Positions 1 to 11,280 of a DNA stretch of 64,000 bases are shown here, piece by piece; position 1 is the first letter of the stretch; each line of letters opens with the position of its first letter. This stretch comes from Hyphomicrobiales bacterium (GTDB lineage: Bacteria > Pseudomonadota > Alphaproteobacteria > Rhizobiales > JACESI01), in assembly GCA_039989895.1 (NCBI GenBank), contig JBDXGY010000006.1, positions 835,092-899,091 of the forward strand. The letters run 5' to 3'. The notes beneath the pieces were generated by a model, which searched no databases, was not told where the DNA came from, and saw only the letters and a program-made list of their open reading frames with translations. The translations under genes and the position numbers were made by a program.

Positions 1-919
1 TGCAACACCATCACAAATCGGCGGCTTTCTAATGGGGCTGCGGGTGCGCGGTGAGACGGTTGACGAGCTAATCGGTGCGGTAAGCACGATGCGCTCTAAA
101 ATGACGCCGGTAGCGGCACCAAAAGAGGCAGTTGATATCGTCGGCACGGGCGGCGACGGCTCCGGCACCTATAACATTTCAACTTGCTCAGCTTTCGTAC
201 TGGCTGGCGGCGGTGTTCCCGTTGCTAAACACGGCAACCGTGCCATGTCCTCTAAATCCGGCGCAGGCGATGTTTTGTCGGCTCTTGGAATCAATCTTGA
301 TATCGATGCGGCAACCATCACAAAATGTATTCATGAGGCCGGTATTGGTTTCATGTTTGCCCCAAACCACCACGCTGCCATGCGCTTTGTAGGCCCTACA
401 CGCGTTGAACTTGGCACACGCACAATTTTCAATCTGCTTGGTCCAATGTCCAGTCCTGCCAGCGTTAAGCGACAGATGATAGGGGTTTTTTCAAAAGACT
501 GGCTCATGCCGATGGCTGAAACATTAAAATCTCTCGGCTCAACCGACATATGGCTCGTGCATGGCGACGGCAATCTGGATGAAATATCTATTTCAGGTCC
601 CACACATATTGTTGCCCTAAAAGACAATAATATCAGTCAAATGACAGTAAAACCAGAAGATGTAGGCATCAAAAGCGAACCCCTATCAGCCATCAAAGGC
701 GGGGATGCCGTGGAAAACGCCGCAGCTCTTCGCGCTGTATTAGGTGGCGAGGTAAGCGCGCATACAGACACAGTCTTACTCAATGCTGGCGCAGGGTTCG
801 TAGTTGCCCGAAAAGCAGATACATTGGCAGACGGTATTGCACTAGCAAGAACCAGCATTTCATCAGGCAAAGCACTCAATGCCCTCGATAAACTCGTTGA
901 GGTATCAAACACCAAATGA
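1..919 (+). CDS. trpD: anthranilate phosphoribosyltransferase (5' end cut by window edge)
   Basis: The frame is open back to position 2 ([19 protein letters not shown]). It has the GTGGDG PRPP motif and TrpD-like sequence throughout. Its stop overlaps the trpC start (ATGA). Confidence 0.95.
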   Translation, partial: ATPSQIGGFLMGLRVRGETVDELIGAVSTMRSKMTPVAAPKEAVDIVGTGGDGSGTYNISTCSAFVLAGGGVPVAKHGNRAMSSKSGAGDVLSALGINLDIDAATITKCIHEAGIGFMFAPNHHAAMRFVGPTRVELGTRTIFNLLGPMSSPASVKRQMIGVFSKDWLMPMAETLKSLGSTDIWLVHGDGNLDEISISGPTHIVALKDNNISQMTVKPEDVGIKSEPLSAIKGGDAVENAAALRAVLGGEVSAHTDTVLLNAGAGFVVARKADTLADGIALARTSISSGKALNALDKLVEVSNTK

Positions 920-1722
920 GTGATATTCTCAAAAAGATTGAGCTTTATAAACGCCAAGAAGTCGCCGCCGCAAAAAATGTGGTCTCACTTGATGAGTTAA
1001 AAGCGCGCGCGGCAGATCAATCTCCCCCTCGCGGTTTTCTCAAAGCGCTTGAAATCAAGAAGGCTGCTGGTGACTATGGTTTGATTGCAGAAATCAAAAA
1101 AGCCAGTCCATCGAAAGGTCTCATCCGTAAAAACTTTGATCCAGCAGACCATGCTCGTGCTTATGCAGCTGGCGGGGCGACTTGTCTTTCTGTTCTCACT
1201 GATGGTCCTTCTTTTCAAGGGAAGCCCGACTATCTGATAGCAGCACGTGAAGCCTGTGATCTGCCTGCCCTTCGCAAAGACTTTCTCTATGAACCTTATC
1301 AAGTCTATGAGGCTCGTTCTTGGGGGGCTGATTGTATTTTGATCATTTTGGCCTCAGTCACAGATGATGAAGCCAAAGCGCTTGAAGAGACCGCTTTTGA
1401 GCTTGGTATGGATGTTCTATTGGAAGTGCATAATGCCGAAGAACTAGAGCGCGCGCTTAAACTCACCTCACGGCTTCTTGGTATTAACAATCGCAATCTC
1501 AAAACATTTGATGTGACATTAGCCACATCTGAAGCCTTGGCACCACAAGTACCAAGCGACCGGCTTCTTGTGGGAGAAAGCGGTATATTTACAAGCGAAG
1601 ACACAGCACGGCTGGAAGCCATTGGCATCACAACCTATCTGGTCGGCGAGAGCTTAATGCGGCAAGATGATGTGGCAGCCGCCACTCGTATTATACTTGA
1701 ACGCAAAGAAGGAGCAGCGTGA
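916..1722 (+). CDS. trpC: indole-3-glycerol phosphate synthase
   Basis: [12 protein letters not shown] motif and IGPS-like TIM-barrel sequence, 268 aa, translationally coupled to trpD. Confidence 0.95.
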   Translation: MSDILKKIELYKRQEVAAAKNVVSLDELKARAADQSPPRGFLKALEIKKAAGDYGLIAEIKKASPSKGLIRKNFDPADHARAYAAGGATCLSVLTDGPSFQGKPDYLIAAREACDLPALRKDFLYEPYQVYEARSWGADCILIILASVTDDEAKALEETAFELGMDVLLEVHNAEELERALKLTSRLLGINNRNLKTFDVTLATSEALAPQVPSDRLLVGESGIFTSEDTARLEAIGITTYLVGESLMRQDDVAAATRIILERKEGAA

Positions 1723-2207
1723 TGGCGAGGGAAACCGATACTCTCACTCACATCGACAGTGATGGCACAGCCAATATGGTTGATGTTGGCAACAAAGAAG
1801 TGACCACACGCATAGCTCGCGTTGAAGGTGCCGTGATAATGAAGCCTGAGACATTAGCAATGATTATAAAAGGCGACGCAAAAAAGGGTGATGTTATAGG
1901 CACTGCACGGCTAGCAGGTATTATGGGCGCAAAGCGCACATCTGATTTGATCCCGCTTTGTCATCCCTTGGCGCTCACCAAAGTAAGCGTTGATATCACA
2001 CCAGATGAAAGCTTGCCCGGCTTACGAGTAGAGAGTATGGCAAAATGTACAGGTCAAACAGGCGTTGAAATGGAAGCACTTACCGCTGCCTCCATTGCCT
2101 GTCTGACGATCTATGATATGGCAAAAGCAGTTGACCGCACCATGACCCTCACCGGCATTCGTTTAATTGAAAAAAGCGGTGGTGTCTCTGGCGACTTTAA
2201 GGCGTAA
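1719..2207 (+). CDS. moaC: cyclic pyranopterin monophosphate synthase
   Basis: [15 protein letters not shown] and DLIPLCHPL motifs. The start (GTGATG) overlaps the trpC stop; the ATG at 1722 is an equally possible start. Confidence 0.93.
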   Translation: MMARETDTLTHIDSDGTANMVDVGNKEVTTRIARVEGAVIMKPETLAMIIKGDAKKGDVIGTARLAGIMGAKRTSDLIPLCHPLALTKVSVDITPDESLPGLRVESMAKCTGQTGVEMEALTAASIACLTIYDMAKAVDRTMTLTGIRLIEKSGGVSGDFKA

Positions 2208-2210
2208 ATC

Positions 2211-3404
2211 ATGCTGCTGCCGGTCCATGAAGCTCTCACCCGTGTCTTAGAAGATGCACCAAAAACTCAAACTATACATGTGCCGCTTCATGAAGCCGAT
2301 GGCTATACGCTCGCGACAAATGTTGCTGCCACACGCACACAGCCACCCTTTGCAGCTTCCGCCATGGACGGCTATGCCGTGCGCCATGCGGATTTGGTGC
2401 TTGGAAAATCACTTGAAGTCATAGGTGAATCTGCTGCAGGACACCGATTTTCCGGCACGTTTCAAGCTGGCAGTGCTGTAAGAATATTCACCGGCGCGCC
2501 CCTGCCCGATGGCGCAGATACCATCTTAATACAGGAAGATGCAGAGCGCGATGGCGATACGATCATACCGCGCGAGATACCAAAATGTGGTCTTTATGTT
2601 CGCCCAGCAGGAATGGATTTTGCCGAAAATGAAGAACTGATCAGCGCTGGCACCATCTTAAACTTTCAATCAATATCCATTGCAGCCGCCATGAACCACC
2701 CGACCCTGCCGGTTCACAAAAAGCCAATCATTGGTATCATGTCAAACGGTGATGAATTGGTCCTGCCCGGTGAAGTTCCCAATGATGATCAAATTATTGC
2801 GTCAAACGCTTTTGGTGTTGCCAGCCTCGTGCGAGCAGCAGGCGGTGAAGTGATAGACCTTGGCATTGCACGGGACACAACATCAGATATCGTCAATGCC
2901 TTTGATCGCGCCCAAAGCGCGAAATGCGATGTTCTCGTCACACTTGGCGGCGCATCCGTGGGTGATCACGACCTCATCAAACCCGCATTAGCGAAAAAAG
3001 GCGTGACACTCGATTTTTGGAAAATCGCTATGCGTCCAGGCAAGCCTTTCATGTTTGGCAAATTAGACAACATGCGCATGCTCGGCATGCCGGGCAATCC
3101 TGTTTCCTCTCTTGTCTGTAGCCTGTTGTTTTTGCGCCCGCTCTTGCTTGCCATGCAGGGGCGCGATCCAGCCTATGATCTTGATACAGCCCTTGTTGGC
3201 ACCCCAATTCCTAAAAACTCACAACGCCCCGCCTATTTGCGCGCATTTGCTGCTAAAGTGGACGGGAAATGGGTGGTTGATACTTTTGCGCAGCAAGATA
3301 GTTCGATTTTATCAGTCTTAGCAAAATCCAACTGTCTCGTCTTGCGTGACTCTTTTGAAGAACCTGCAAAAACTGGTGATCGTTGCACCATAATGTGGAT
3401 TTAA
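2211..3404 (+). CDS. moeA: molybdopterin molybdenumtransferase
   Basis: MDGYAV and PGNPVS MoeA motifs, 397 aa, starting 3 nt after moaC. Confidence 0.9.
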   Translation: MLLPVHEALTRVLEDAPKTQTIHVPLHEADGYTLATNVAATRTQPPFAASAMDGYAVRHADLVLGKSLEVIGESAAGHRFSGTFQAGSAVRIFTGAPLPDGADTILIQEDAERDGDTIIPREIPKCGLYVRPAGMDFAENEELISAGTILNFQSISIAAAMNHPTLPVHKKPIIGIMSNGDELVLPGEVPNDDQIIASNAFGVASLVRAAGGEVIDLGIARDTTSDIVNAFDRAQSAKCDVLVTLGGASVGDHDLIKPALAKKGVTLDFWKIAMRPGKPFMFGKLDNMRMLGMPGNPVSSLVCSLLFLRPLLLAMQGRDPAYDLDTALVGTPIPKNSQRPAYLRAFAAKVDGKWVVDTFAQQDSSILSVLAKSNCLVLRDSFEEPAKTGDRCTIMWI

Positions 3405-3407
3405 GCC

Positions 3408-4295
3408 GTGTTTGATCTTCGAGATATGGAACTGCTAATCGCCCTTGATCACCATAGGCATTTTGCGCGTGCGGCGGCACAATGCGGCATATCACAACCC
3501 GCTTTTTCTGCGCGCATAAGGAACCTCGAACTAGAACTGGACACGTCGCTCATACAACGCGGCAATCGGTTTATGGGTTTCACACCAGAAGGCGATATTG
3601 CTCTTAAATGGGCTCGTAAATTAATGCTTGATGCAGACGGCTTTCGACAAGAACTCACATCCGCAACCAAAGAGCTTGAGGGTAATCTTAGCATTGGCGT
3701 GATACCAACGGCTCTGCCCATTGCGGGACAAATCCCGATGATCATCCAACAAAAGCACCCTCAATTGCGTATTGAGATTAGCTCGGCAACATCAATAGAG
3801 ATAAAACGTGGCTTGGAAAATTTCTCGTTTGGCGCGGGCATTTCCTATATCGAGGACGGACTTGGCTCCTCACTGGAAGTTACTCATTTATATAATGAAC
3901 AATATTATCTGTTGGCGCCAAAGAAACTGCTCAAGAACCAGAAACAGACAATTACATGGCATGACGCCGCAGAACTGCCTTTATGCCTTTTATCGCGCAC
4001 CATGCGTAATCGCCGTATCATTGAAGAAATATTCACTCAAATTGGTATAAGCATTGAACCTCTTATGGAAACAAATGCGCTGATGATCTCACTGGCTCAA
4101 GTCGAGGCAAGTGTCGCTGCGACAATTATCCCAAAAGCCCTAGTCGATGTCTTGCCATTAAGCGACAAAGTCATTGCGCTAAAAATGACAGACCCTGTCG
4201 TTGAACGTGAAATTGGACTTTTATTGCCCAAGCGCGAACCAGCTCCCCCTTCACATAAAGTATTGATGGACACCTTAGCGGCTATTTCACGATAA
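3408..4295 (+). CDS. LysR-family transcriptional regulator (FdsR-like position upstream of the FDH genes)
   Basis: N-terminal winged helix-turn-helix (HFARAAAQCGISQPAFSARIRNLE) followed by a LysR substrate-binding domain. GTG start. Confidence 0.85.
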   Translation: MFDLRDMELLIALDHHRHFARAAAQCGISQPAFSARIRNLELELDTSLIQRGNRFMGFTPEGDIALKWARKLMLDADGFRQELTSATKELEGNLSIGVIPTALPIAGQIPMIIQQKHPQLRIEISSATSIEIKRGLENFSFGAGISYIEDGLGSSLEVTHLYNEQYYLLAPKKLLKNQKQTITWHDAAELPLCLLSRTMRNRRIIEEIFTQIGISIEPLMETNALMISLAQVEASVAATIIPKALVDVLPLSDKVIALKMTDPVVEREIGLLLPKREPAPPSHKVLMDTLAAISR

Positions 4296-4382
4296 CTATA
4301 AGCTATCACGCCATTGCATCTTTGAATTTGATGTGATTCCTTGCTTTGACTAGATTCTTCTCTCTTAACGGGAGAATTACGC

Positions 4383-6080
4383 ATGCTCAAGAAAGTTGAA
4401 AACAGGCAAGGTGTCTGGAAAGACGGCACGGGCAAAGGCCGAAAAACACCAAAAGGCCGTCAACTTGATGATAAAGCTCTCACAGAAGTGCGTGATCTCC
4501 TAGGTGACAAACCGCGTCGACGCGATCTACTAATCGAGCATATGCATCTCATACAGGATAAATATAAGTGCCTATCTGCCGAGCATCTTCGCGCACTTGC
4601 CGAAGAAATGCGCCTTGCACAGGCAGAAGTCTATGAAGTGGCAACTTTCTACGCTCACTTTGATGTGGTCAAAGAAGGCGAACAAACGCCGCCCGACATC
4701 ACCATTCGAGTATGCGACAGTCTTTCTTGTGAATTGGCAGGCGCTCAAGAGCTTTTAAAAGACCTTGGCGATAAATATGGCGGCGGCGGTAACGTACGCG
4801 TTCTTCGTGCGCCTTGCATGGGCCGTTGTGACACGGCGCCAACCCTTGAACTGGGTCATAACCACATCGACCACGCTACTGTTGAAAAAGTCGAAACTGC
4901 GGTAAATGCCGGTGATACACATCATAAAATACCCGCTTATGAGACATTGAACGCCTATAAAGCTGATGGCGGCTATCAGGCTCTTGAAACGCTCAGATCT
5001 GGTGATCAAACACCAGACCAACTGCAAGAAACCATTCTCTCCTCTGGCCTTCGCGGGCTTGGTGGTGCTGGCTTTCCATCCGGCAAAAAATGGTCATTCG
5101 TGCGTGCAGAACCCGGGCCCCGCTATTTGGCGGTCAACGGCGATGAAGGTGAACCGGGGACTTTCAAAGACCGCTATTATCTAGAACGCACCCCACATCT
5201 TTTCCTTGAAGGCATGCTCATTGCCGCTTGGGCAATTGAGGCTGAAACCTGCTTTATCTATATGCGCGATGAATATCCTGCCGTGCTTGAAATACTAGCA
5301 ACTGAAATCAAAGCTTTGGAAGCCGCTGGTATTGCTCCTGAGGGTTATATCGACCTTCGTCGTGGTGCAGGCGCTTATATCTGTGGCGAAGAAAGCGCAA
5401 TGATAGAATCGATTGAAGGGAAACGAGGCATTCCCCGTCATCGCCCCCCCTTTGTGGCGCAAGTTGGCATCTTTAATCGACCGACACTGGTTCACAACAT
5501 TGAGACATTGCATTGGATTGCTAAAATTTGCCGTGAAGGACCACAAGTTCTGTCTTCTACAGAATTAAATGGCCGCAAAGGTCTGCGCTCTTATTCGGTC
5601 TCAGGCCGTGTAAAAAAACCGGGCGTGAAGCTTCTTCCTGCAGGTTCCACCATCACAGATATCATTGAAGCTTGTGGCGGCATGTTAGACGGCCATGAGT
5701 TCAAAGCCTATCAACCGGGTGGACCATCATCGGGCCTCCTTCCCGCCTCCATCAACGATGTGCCGCTTGATTTTGATACACTTCAACCGCTTGGCACCTT
5801 CATAGGTTCTGCTGCTGTTGTTATTTTATCAGACAAAGATTCAGCCCGCGACGCAGCGCTTAACATGTTGAAGTTCTTTGAAGATGAAAGCTGTGGCCAA
5901 TGCACACCTTGCCGCAATGGTTGCGAGAAAGCTGTAAAACTGATGCAGGCCGACGCATGGGATCAAGACCTGCTCACCGACCTATGCGATGTGATGGCTG
6001 ATGCCTCTATCTGCGGCCTTGGCCAAGCAGCGCCAAACCCGATTAAGCTGACAATGCAACATTTCTCAGACGAGATTTAA
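4383..6080 (+). CDS. fdsB: NAD-dependent formate dehydrogenase beta subunit, a NuoE-like/NuoF-like fusion
   Basis: The N-terminus carries a 2Fe-2S thioredoxin-like module (CDSLSC...CMGRC). It is fused to an FMN/NADH module (GLGGAGFPSGKKW, GDEGEPG) and a 4Fe-4S site (ESCGQCTPCR). SD GGGAGA lies 7 nt upstream. Confidence 0.9.
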   Translation: MLKKVENRQGVWKDGTGKGRKTPKGRQLDDKALTEVRDLLGDKPRRRDLLIEHMHLIQDKYKCLSAEHLRALAEEMRLAQAEVYEVATFYAHFDVVKEGEQTPPDITIRVCDSLSCELAGAQELLKDLGDKYGGGGNVRVLRAPCMGRCDTAPTLELGHNHIDHATVEKVETAVNAGDTHHKIPAYETLNAYKADGGYQALETLRSGDQTPDQLQETILSSGLRGLGGAGFPSGKKWSFVRAEPGPRYLAVNGDEGEPGTFKDRYYLERTPHLFLEGMLIAAWAIEAETCFIYMRDEYPAVLEILATEIKALEAAGIAPEGYIDLRRGAGAYICGEESAMIESIEGKRGIPRHRPPFVAQVGIFNRPTLVHNIETLHWIAKICREGPQVLSSTELNGRKGLRSYSVSGRVKKPGVKLLPAGSTITDIIEACGGMLDGHEFKAYQPGGPSSGLLPASINDVPLDFDTLQPLGTFIGSAAVVILSDKDSARDAALNMLKFFEDESCGQCTPCRNGCEKAVKLMQADAWDQDLLTDLCDVMADASICGLGQAAPNPIKLTMQHFSDEI

Positions 6081-6090
6081 GGGTAAAATA

Positions 6091-8892
6091 ATGCTTGAAA
6101 CAAACTCAAATAACCGCGTTACCTTTTCTCTTAACGGCAAAGAAGTCTCCGCCACAAAAGGCGAAACCATTTGGGATGTTGCCAAAGGTCAAGGCACAAC
6201 AATTCCCCACCTTTGCCACAAAGACACAACTGGCTATCGTCCTGATGGCAATTGTCGTGCCTGTATGGTGGAAGTGGAAGGCGAGCGTACGCTTGTGGCG
6301 TCTTGCATTCGCCCTGTCAGCGAAGGCATGGTTGTTAAAACATCGAGCGAGCGCGCTGAAAAATCACGTAAAATGGTGATGGAGCTTTTACTAGCAGACC
6401 AGCCAGCACGTAATGAAGCACATGATAAATCCTCCCATTTTTGGGACATGGCAGATGCGCAAAATGTGGCAACGAGCCGTTTCCCTAAAATCGAAAAAGA
6501 GTTTATTCCCCTCCTAGACTCAAGCCATGTGGCCATGAATGTTAATCTGGATGCCTGCATTCAGTGTAACCTGTGCACCCGCGCCTGCCGCGAAGTGCAG
6601 GTCAATGACGTGATCGGCATGTCCGGCCGTGGCCGCACCTCTGAAATCATCTTTGATATTCATGATCCAATGGGCTCATCGACCTGTGTAGCCTGTGGCG
6701 AATGTGTTCAGGCCTGCCCGACAGGCGCGCTCATGGAAGCCAGTGTGCTTGACGATAATCAACTAGGCGATAGCAAAGACCATGACCGCGAGGTTCAATC
6801 TGTATGCCCTTATTGTGGTGTTGGCTGTCAGCTTTCCTATAAAATAAAAGACGACAAAATCATCCGCGTAGAAGGTGTTGATGGTCCTGCCAATGAAAGC
6901 CGCCTTTGTGTCAAAGGTCGTTTCGGCTTTGATTATGTAGACCACAAACACCGCCTAACAAAGCCACTTATTCGCCGCGATGACGCGCCAGAAAAAGGCC
7001 TCAATGTTGACCCTAACAATCCATTGACGCATTTCCGCGAAGCCACATGGACAGAAGCGCTTGGTGTCGCAGCAGACGGTCTTGGCGGCTTACGTGACAG
7101 GCTTGGCGGCGAAAGCGTTGCAGGCTTTGGCTCAGCGAAATGTTCCAATGAAGAGGCCTATTTATTTCAAAAACTGATCCGCACGGGCTTTGGCCACAAT
7201 AATGTTGATCACTGCACACGGCTTTGCCACGCTTCATCCGTTGCAGCCCTCATGGAAAATGTCGGCTCAGGTGCTGTAACAGCAACCTTCAATGAAATAG
7301 AGAACGCTGATGTTGCAATTGTGATTGGTGCAAATCCAACAGAAAATCACCCCGTTGCGGCCACCTATTTCAAGCAATTCACTAAGCGTGGCGGCAAGCT
7401 CATTGTCATGGACCCACGCGGTCAAGGCCTAAAACGTCATGCATCGCACATGCTGCAATTCCGCCCCGGCTCTGATGTCGCCATGCTGAATGCTCTCATG
7501 CATGTCATCGTTGAAGAAAAGCTATACGACGAACAATATATTCAAACCTACACTGAAAATTGGGATGCGATGAAGGATCATCTAACCGGGTTTTCACCAG
7601 AAAAAATGGCCCCGCTCTGCGGCGTTGAGGCTGATGTCTTACGCGATGTGGCGCGAACCTTTGCATCCGCCAAAGCTGGCATGATCTTCTGGGGCATGGG
7701 TATTTCACAACATATCCACGGCACAGATAATTCACGCTGCCTCATCTCACTTGCACTTATGTGTGGTCAAATAGGACGCCCGGGCGCCGGTCTTCACCCA
7801 CTACGTGGACAAAACAACGTACAAGGCGCATCAGATGCAGGCCTTATTCCGATGTTCCTGCCTGATTATCAGTCAGTGGCTGATGATGGCGTACGCTCAC
7901 TCTTTAACGGAATTTGGGAGCGCGATGATTGGAACCCTCAACGAGGATTAACAGTGGTTGAAATCATGGACGCGGTCCATGATGATAAAATCAAAGGCAT
8001 GTATGTGCTGGGTGAAAATCCTGCGATGTCTGATCCTGATGTAGAACACGCCCGCGACGCTCTCGCCAAACTCGAATGTTTGGTCGTTCAAGATATTTTC
8101 TTAACTGAGACGGCCAATTACGCCGATGTCATTTTACCAGCATCCGCATGGGCTGAAAAAACCGGCACAGTCACCAATACAAACCGTCAGGTGCAAATGG
8201 GCCGTCCAGCCACCACCCCTCCAGGTGAAGCGCGCGAAGATTGGGCAATCATCACCGACCTTGCCAACCGACTTGGTCTCAATTGGCACTATGGACACCC
8301 ATCTGAAGTCTTTGCCGAAATGAAGCTTGGCATGAAATCACTTGATAATATTACATGGGAGCGGCTCGAAAATCAGGATGTTGTCACCTATCCATCCCTA
8401 TCACCGGAAGACCCCGGTCAAGCGATCGTATTTGGTGACGGGTTCCCACGCGCTGATAGCCGCGCTCGGTTTACGCCAGCGCAAGTGACACCACCCGCTG
8501 AGGTGCCAGATGAAGAATACCCGATGATCCTCACAACGGGTCGTCAGTTAGAGCATTGGCATACGGGCTCTATGACACGGCGCACCAATGTTCTTGATGC
8601 TGTGGAACCACAAGCCAATGCATCGCTACACCCCAAAACTTTACGTAAAATGGGCGTGGCACCGGGTCAGATGATCGATATTGAGACCCGTCGCGGGGTG
8701 ATCTCTATCATGGCACGCGCAGACCGTGCGGTGGCTGAAGACATGGTATTCATGCCGTTTGCCTTCGTGGAGGCTGCCGCCAACACGCTGACCAACCCGC
8801 AGCTTGACCCTTTTGGCAAAATTCCAGAGTTCAAATTCTCCGCCTGTCGCGTTGCAGCGACCAAGAGCGGTGATTTGGAAGCGGCAGAGTAA
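6091..8892 (+). CDS. fdsA: NAD-dependent formate dehydrogenase alpha (catalytic, molybdopterin) subunit
   Basis: NuoG-like Fe-S N-terminus with several CxxCxxC clusters, then a molybdopterin oxidoreductase body. The active-site motif HCTRLCHASSV uses a Cys codon (TGC at 7225), not TGA. 933 aa. Confidence 0.92.
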   Translation: MLETNSNNRVTFSLNGKEVSATKGETIWDVAKGQGTTIPHLCHKDTTGYRPDGNCRACMVEVEGERTLVASCIRPVSEGMVVKTSSERAEKSRKMVMELLLADQPARNEAHDKSSHFWDMADAQNVATSRFPKIEKEFIPLLDSSHVAMNVNLDACIQCNLCTRACREVQVNDVIGMSGRGRTSEIIFDIHDPMGSSTCVACGECVQACPTGALMEASVLDDNQLGDSKDHDREVQSVCPYCGVGCQLSYKIKDDKIIRVEGVDGPANESRLCVKGRFGFDYVDHKHRLTKPLIRRDDAPEKGLNVDPNNPLTHFREATWTEALGVAADGLGGLRDRLGGESVAGFGSAKCSNEEAYLFQKLIRTGFGHNNVDHCTRLCHASSVAALMENVGSGAVTATFNEIENADVAIVIGANPTENHPVAATYFKQFTKRGGKLIVMDPRGQGLKRHASHMLQFRPGSDVAMLNALMHVIVEEKLYDEQYIQTYTENWDAMKDHLTGFSPEKMAPLCGVEADVLRDVARTFASAKAGMIFWGMGISQHIHGTDNSRCLISLALMCGQIGRPGAGLHPLRGQNNVQGASDAGLIPMFLPDYQSVADDGVRSLFNGIWERDDWNPQRGLTVVEIMDAVHDDKIKGMYVLGENPAMSDPDVEHARDALAKLECLVVQDIFLTETANYADVILPASAWAEKTGTVTNTNRQVQMGRPATTPPGEAREDWAIITDLANRLGLNWHYGHPSEVFAEMKLGMKSLDNITWERLENQDVVTYPSLSPEDPGQAIVFGDGFPRADSRARFTPAQVTPPAEVPDEEYPMILTTGRQLEHWHTGSMTRRTNVLDAVEPQANASLHPKTLRKMGVAPGQMIDIETRRGVISIMARADRAVAEDMVFMPFAFVEAAANTLTNPQLDPFGKIPEFKFSACRVAATKSGDLEAAE

Positions 8893-8923
8893 TAATGCTT
8901 CAGCTCTTTTCAATGCTAGAAAC

Positions 8924-8955
8924 AAAAAAGCCCCGCAACATATGCGGGGCTTTTT
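8924..8955. terminator. bidirectional rho-independent terminator between fdsA and the convergent porin gene
   Basis: A6 run, stem GCCCCGC (8930-8936), 7-nt loop, stem GCGGGGC (8944-8950), then T5. Confidence 0.8.
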
Positions 8956-8975
8956 AATTCAAATTATGTCGTCAA

Positions 8976-9662
8976 CTACCGACCAAAAACTTTATTCCAA
9001 AGTGGTGCCGTTTTGATGGAGACACCAGCACGGATTGCATGGATGCCACCAAGGTCAACGTTTACACCGCCAAACACATCAGGTAAAAACCCATCACTAC
9101 CTAAATCAGAGTAGGTGTATTGCACGCGTGCAGACACATAGTCGGTTAGTGCTGCTTCAACACCTGCACCCACAGTCCAGCCAAATTGAAATTCGCTCTC
9201 CGAACCGAAACCAGGTAAATTAACTCGAACATTCCCGTAAGCGAGGCCGCCCGTTACATAAGGTAAAACACGGTCAAAAGCATACCCAACTCGACCACGA
9301 ACAGATGACAAAGTTCTCAGATCAGCAGTCGCAGGCCCCCCATCGAGTATGGTATCTGAGCTTGTGAATGAAAAGTCGTTATCAATGCCGAAAACAACAT
9401 TGCCACTTTGGAAGTTGTAACCGCCAAATATTCCGCCATGTACGCCGTCTAAATTTGTGCCAGTAACGAAATCAAATGGTGCCACTATTGGAGTCGATGC
9501 GGTTACATTAGAACCAAACACGCCACCACCTTGGATACCAAAGTAACCGCCGCGCCAATCGTGTGCTTCTTCGACGACGGGCGCTGGATCGATGTCCGCA
9601 GCATGTGCGCTTACGCCTGCAAGCATGGTTGATGCGAGGGCTAAGGAGATGAGGTACTTCAT
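8976..9662 (-). CDS. outer-membrane beta-barrel protein (Omp25/Omp31-like porin family)
   Basis: Signal peptide MKYLISLALASTMLAGVSAHA, alternating Gly/aromatic beta-strand pattern, 228 aa. Confidence 0.8.
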   Translation of the reverse strand: MKYLISLALASTMLAGVSAHAADIDPAPVVEEAHDWRGGYFGIQGGGVFGSNVTASTPIVAPFDFVTGTNLDGVHGGIFGGYNFQSGNVVFGIDNDFSFTSSDTILDGGPATADLRTLSSVRGRVGYAFDRVLPYVTGGLAYGNVRVNLPGFGSESEFQFGWTVGAGVEAALTDYVSARVQYTYSDLGSDGFLPDVFGGVNVDLGGIHAIRAGVSIKTAPLWNKVFGR

Positions 9663-9787
9663 GATGATCGCTTACTTTTAGAATTTGATTCAAGTATTTG
9701 TCCAATGTAGACGCTACCGATAGAGGGAGCGCAACTCAATAATCGCAAATCGTGCGCTTTCGCTCGAATTTGTGACGCAAATACCAC

Positions 9788-9812
9788 AAAAGCCCGACAT
9801 GATCGGGCTTTT
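9788..9812 (-). terminator. rho-independent terminator downstream of pntB
   Basis: 10-bp stem AAAAGCCCGA/TCGGGCTTTT with a 5-nt loop, 22 nt beyond the pntB stop. Confidence 0.6.
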
Positions 9813-9833
9813 GTTTCTCGAAATTGCTAGAAT

Positions 9834-11267
9834 TCAGCTAATTTTTTGAAGCAATGAATCCACCGACGCTTTCGCGTCACCATAGAACATCCGCGTATTC
9901 TCTTTATAAAACAATGGGTTTTCGATACCAGAATAGCCCGTACCCTGCCCACGTTTTGAAACAAACACCTGCTTTGATTTCCAAACTTCCAACACCGGCA
10001 TGCCAGCGATTGGGCTGTTTGGATCATCTTGTGCAGCCGGATTTACAATGTCATTGGAACCAACAATGATTGTGACATCCGTATTCGGGAAATCGTCATT
10101 GATCTCATCCATTTCCATCACAATATCATAGGGCACCCTTGCTTCCGCCAAAAGTACATTCATGTGACCTGGCAGACGCCCTGCAACAGGGTGGATTGCA
10201 AAGCGAACTTCTTTGCCCTTCGCCCGTAGCCGTTTAGTAAGCTCAGAAATAGATTGCTGCGCCTGCGCCACCGCCATGCCGTAGCCTGGCACGATCACAA
10301 CGCTATCAGCTTCTTCTAAAGCGGCTGCAACACCATCAGAATCAATAGCAATCTGCTCACCTTCAATTTCCATCGCCGGACCACTTGCACCACCAAAGCC
10401 ACCAAGAATGACCGAGATAAAGTTGCGGTTCATCGCCTTACACATGATGTAAGACAGGATTGCACCAGATGAGCCGACCAATGCGCCCACAACAATCAAA
10501 AGATCATTGCCGAGTGAGAAACCAATCGCGGCAGCCGCCCAACCGGAATATGAATTGAGCATAGAGACCACAACCGGCATATCAGCGCCGCCGATACCCA
10601 TAATGAGGTGATAACCGATAAACAGCGCCAGAAGGGTCAAAAGAACCAAGCTCCAGCTGCCAGAGCCATTAAGATACATCAGCATCATAATGACAGATAA
10701 ACCAGCCGCGCCCGCATTGAGCATATGGCCACCGTTTAACTGTTTTGCAGATGAATCGACCCGCCCCGCCAATTTGCCATAAGCAATAAGCGAGCCCGTG
10801 AATGTCACCGCACCAATCCACACACCGAGCACAAGCTCAATGCGCAAGATATTAATTTCAACAGGCGTTTTCTTGGCGACAAGTTCAGCAAAGACACCCG
10901 TGATGGCATCACCGCCAGATTGGGCTGCTTGCACACCAAGGATCGTAATATCAGCGTTAAAACCAACAATGACCGCCGCAAGGCCAACGAGCGAGTGCAT
11001 GATAGCCACAAGCTCAGGCATTTGTGTCATTTGCACTTTGGTTGCTAGTTGATAACCAACAGCAGCGCCAAGTGCAATCAGCACCAGTGAAGCGCCCCAA
11101 AGGCCACTACCCGGCCCCATAAGAGTTGCAAGCACGGCAATCGCCATACCAGCAATACCATACCACACCGCGCGTTTTGCGCTTTCTTGATCGCTCAACC
11201 CACCCAGTGAGAGAATGAAAAGAACAGCTGCCACTACATAGGCTGCAATTGTAAATCCGAAATCCAT
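9834..11267 (-). CDS. pntB: NAD(P) transhydrogenase subunit beta
   Basis: Polytopic N-terminal membrane domain plus a C-terminal NADP(H) domain ([29 protein letters not shown]). 477 aa. Confidence 0.95.
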   Translation of the reverse strand: MDFGFTIAAYVVAAVLFILSLGGLSDQESAKRAVWYGIAGMAIAVLATLMGPGSGLWGASLVLIALGAAVGYQLATKVQMTQMPELVAIMHSLVGLAAVIVGFNADITILGVQAAQSGGDAITGVFAELVAKKTPVEINILRIELVLGVWIGAVTFTGSLIAYGKLAGRVDSSAKQLNGGHMLNAGAAGLSVIMMLMYLNGSGSWSLVLLTLLALFIGYHLIMGIGGADMPVVVSMLNSYSGWAAAAIGFSLGNDLLIVVGALVGSSGAILSYIMCKAMNRNFISVILGGFGGASGPAMEIEGEQIAIDSDGVAAALEEADSVVIVPGYGMAVAQAQQSISELTKRLRAKGKEVRFAIHPVAGRLPGHMNVLLAEARVPYDIVMEMDEINDDFPNTDVTIIVGSNDIVNPAAQDDPNSPIAGMPVLEVWKSKQVFVSKRGQGTGYSGIENPLFYKENTRMFYGDAKASVDSLLQKIS

Positions 11268-11280
11268 GACGCGATGCTCC

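Noticed and set aside
7225-7227. Selenocysteine-containing formate dehydrogenase.
   Set aside because: The active-site residue in HCTRLCHASSV is encoded by TGC (Cys). There is no in-frame TGA and no SECIS-like hairpin.
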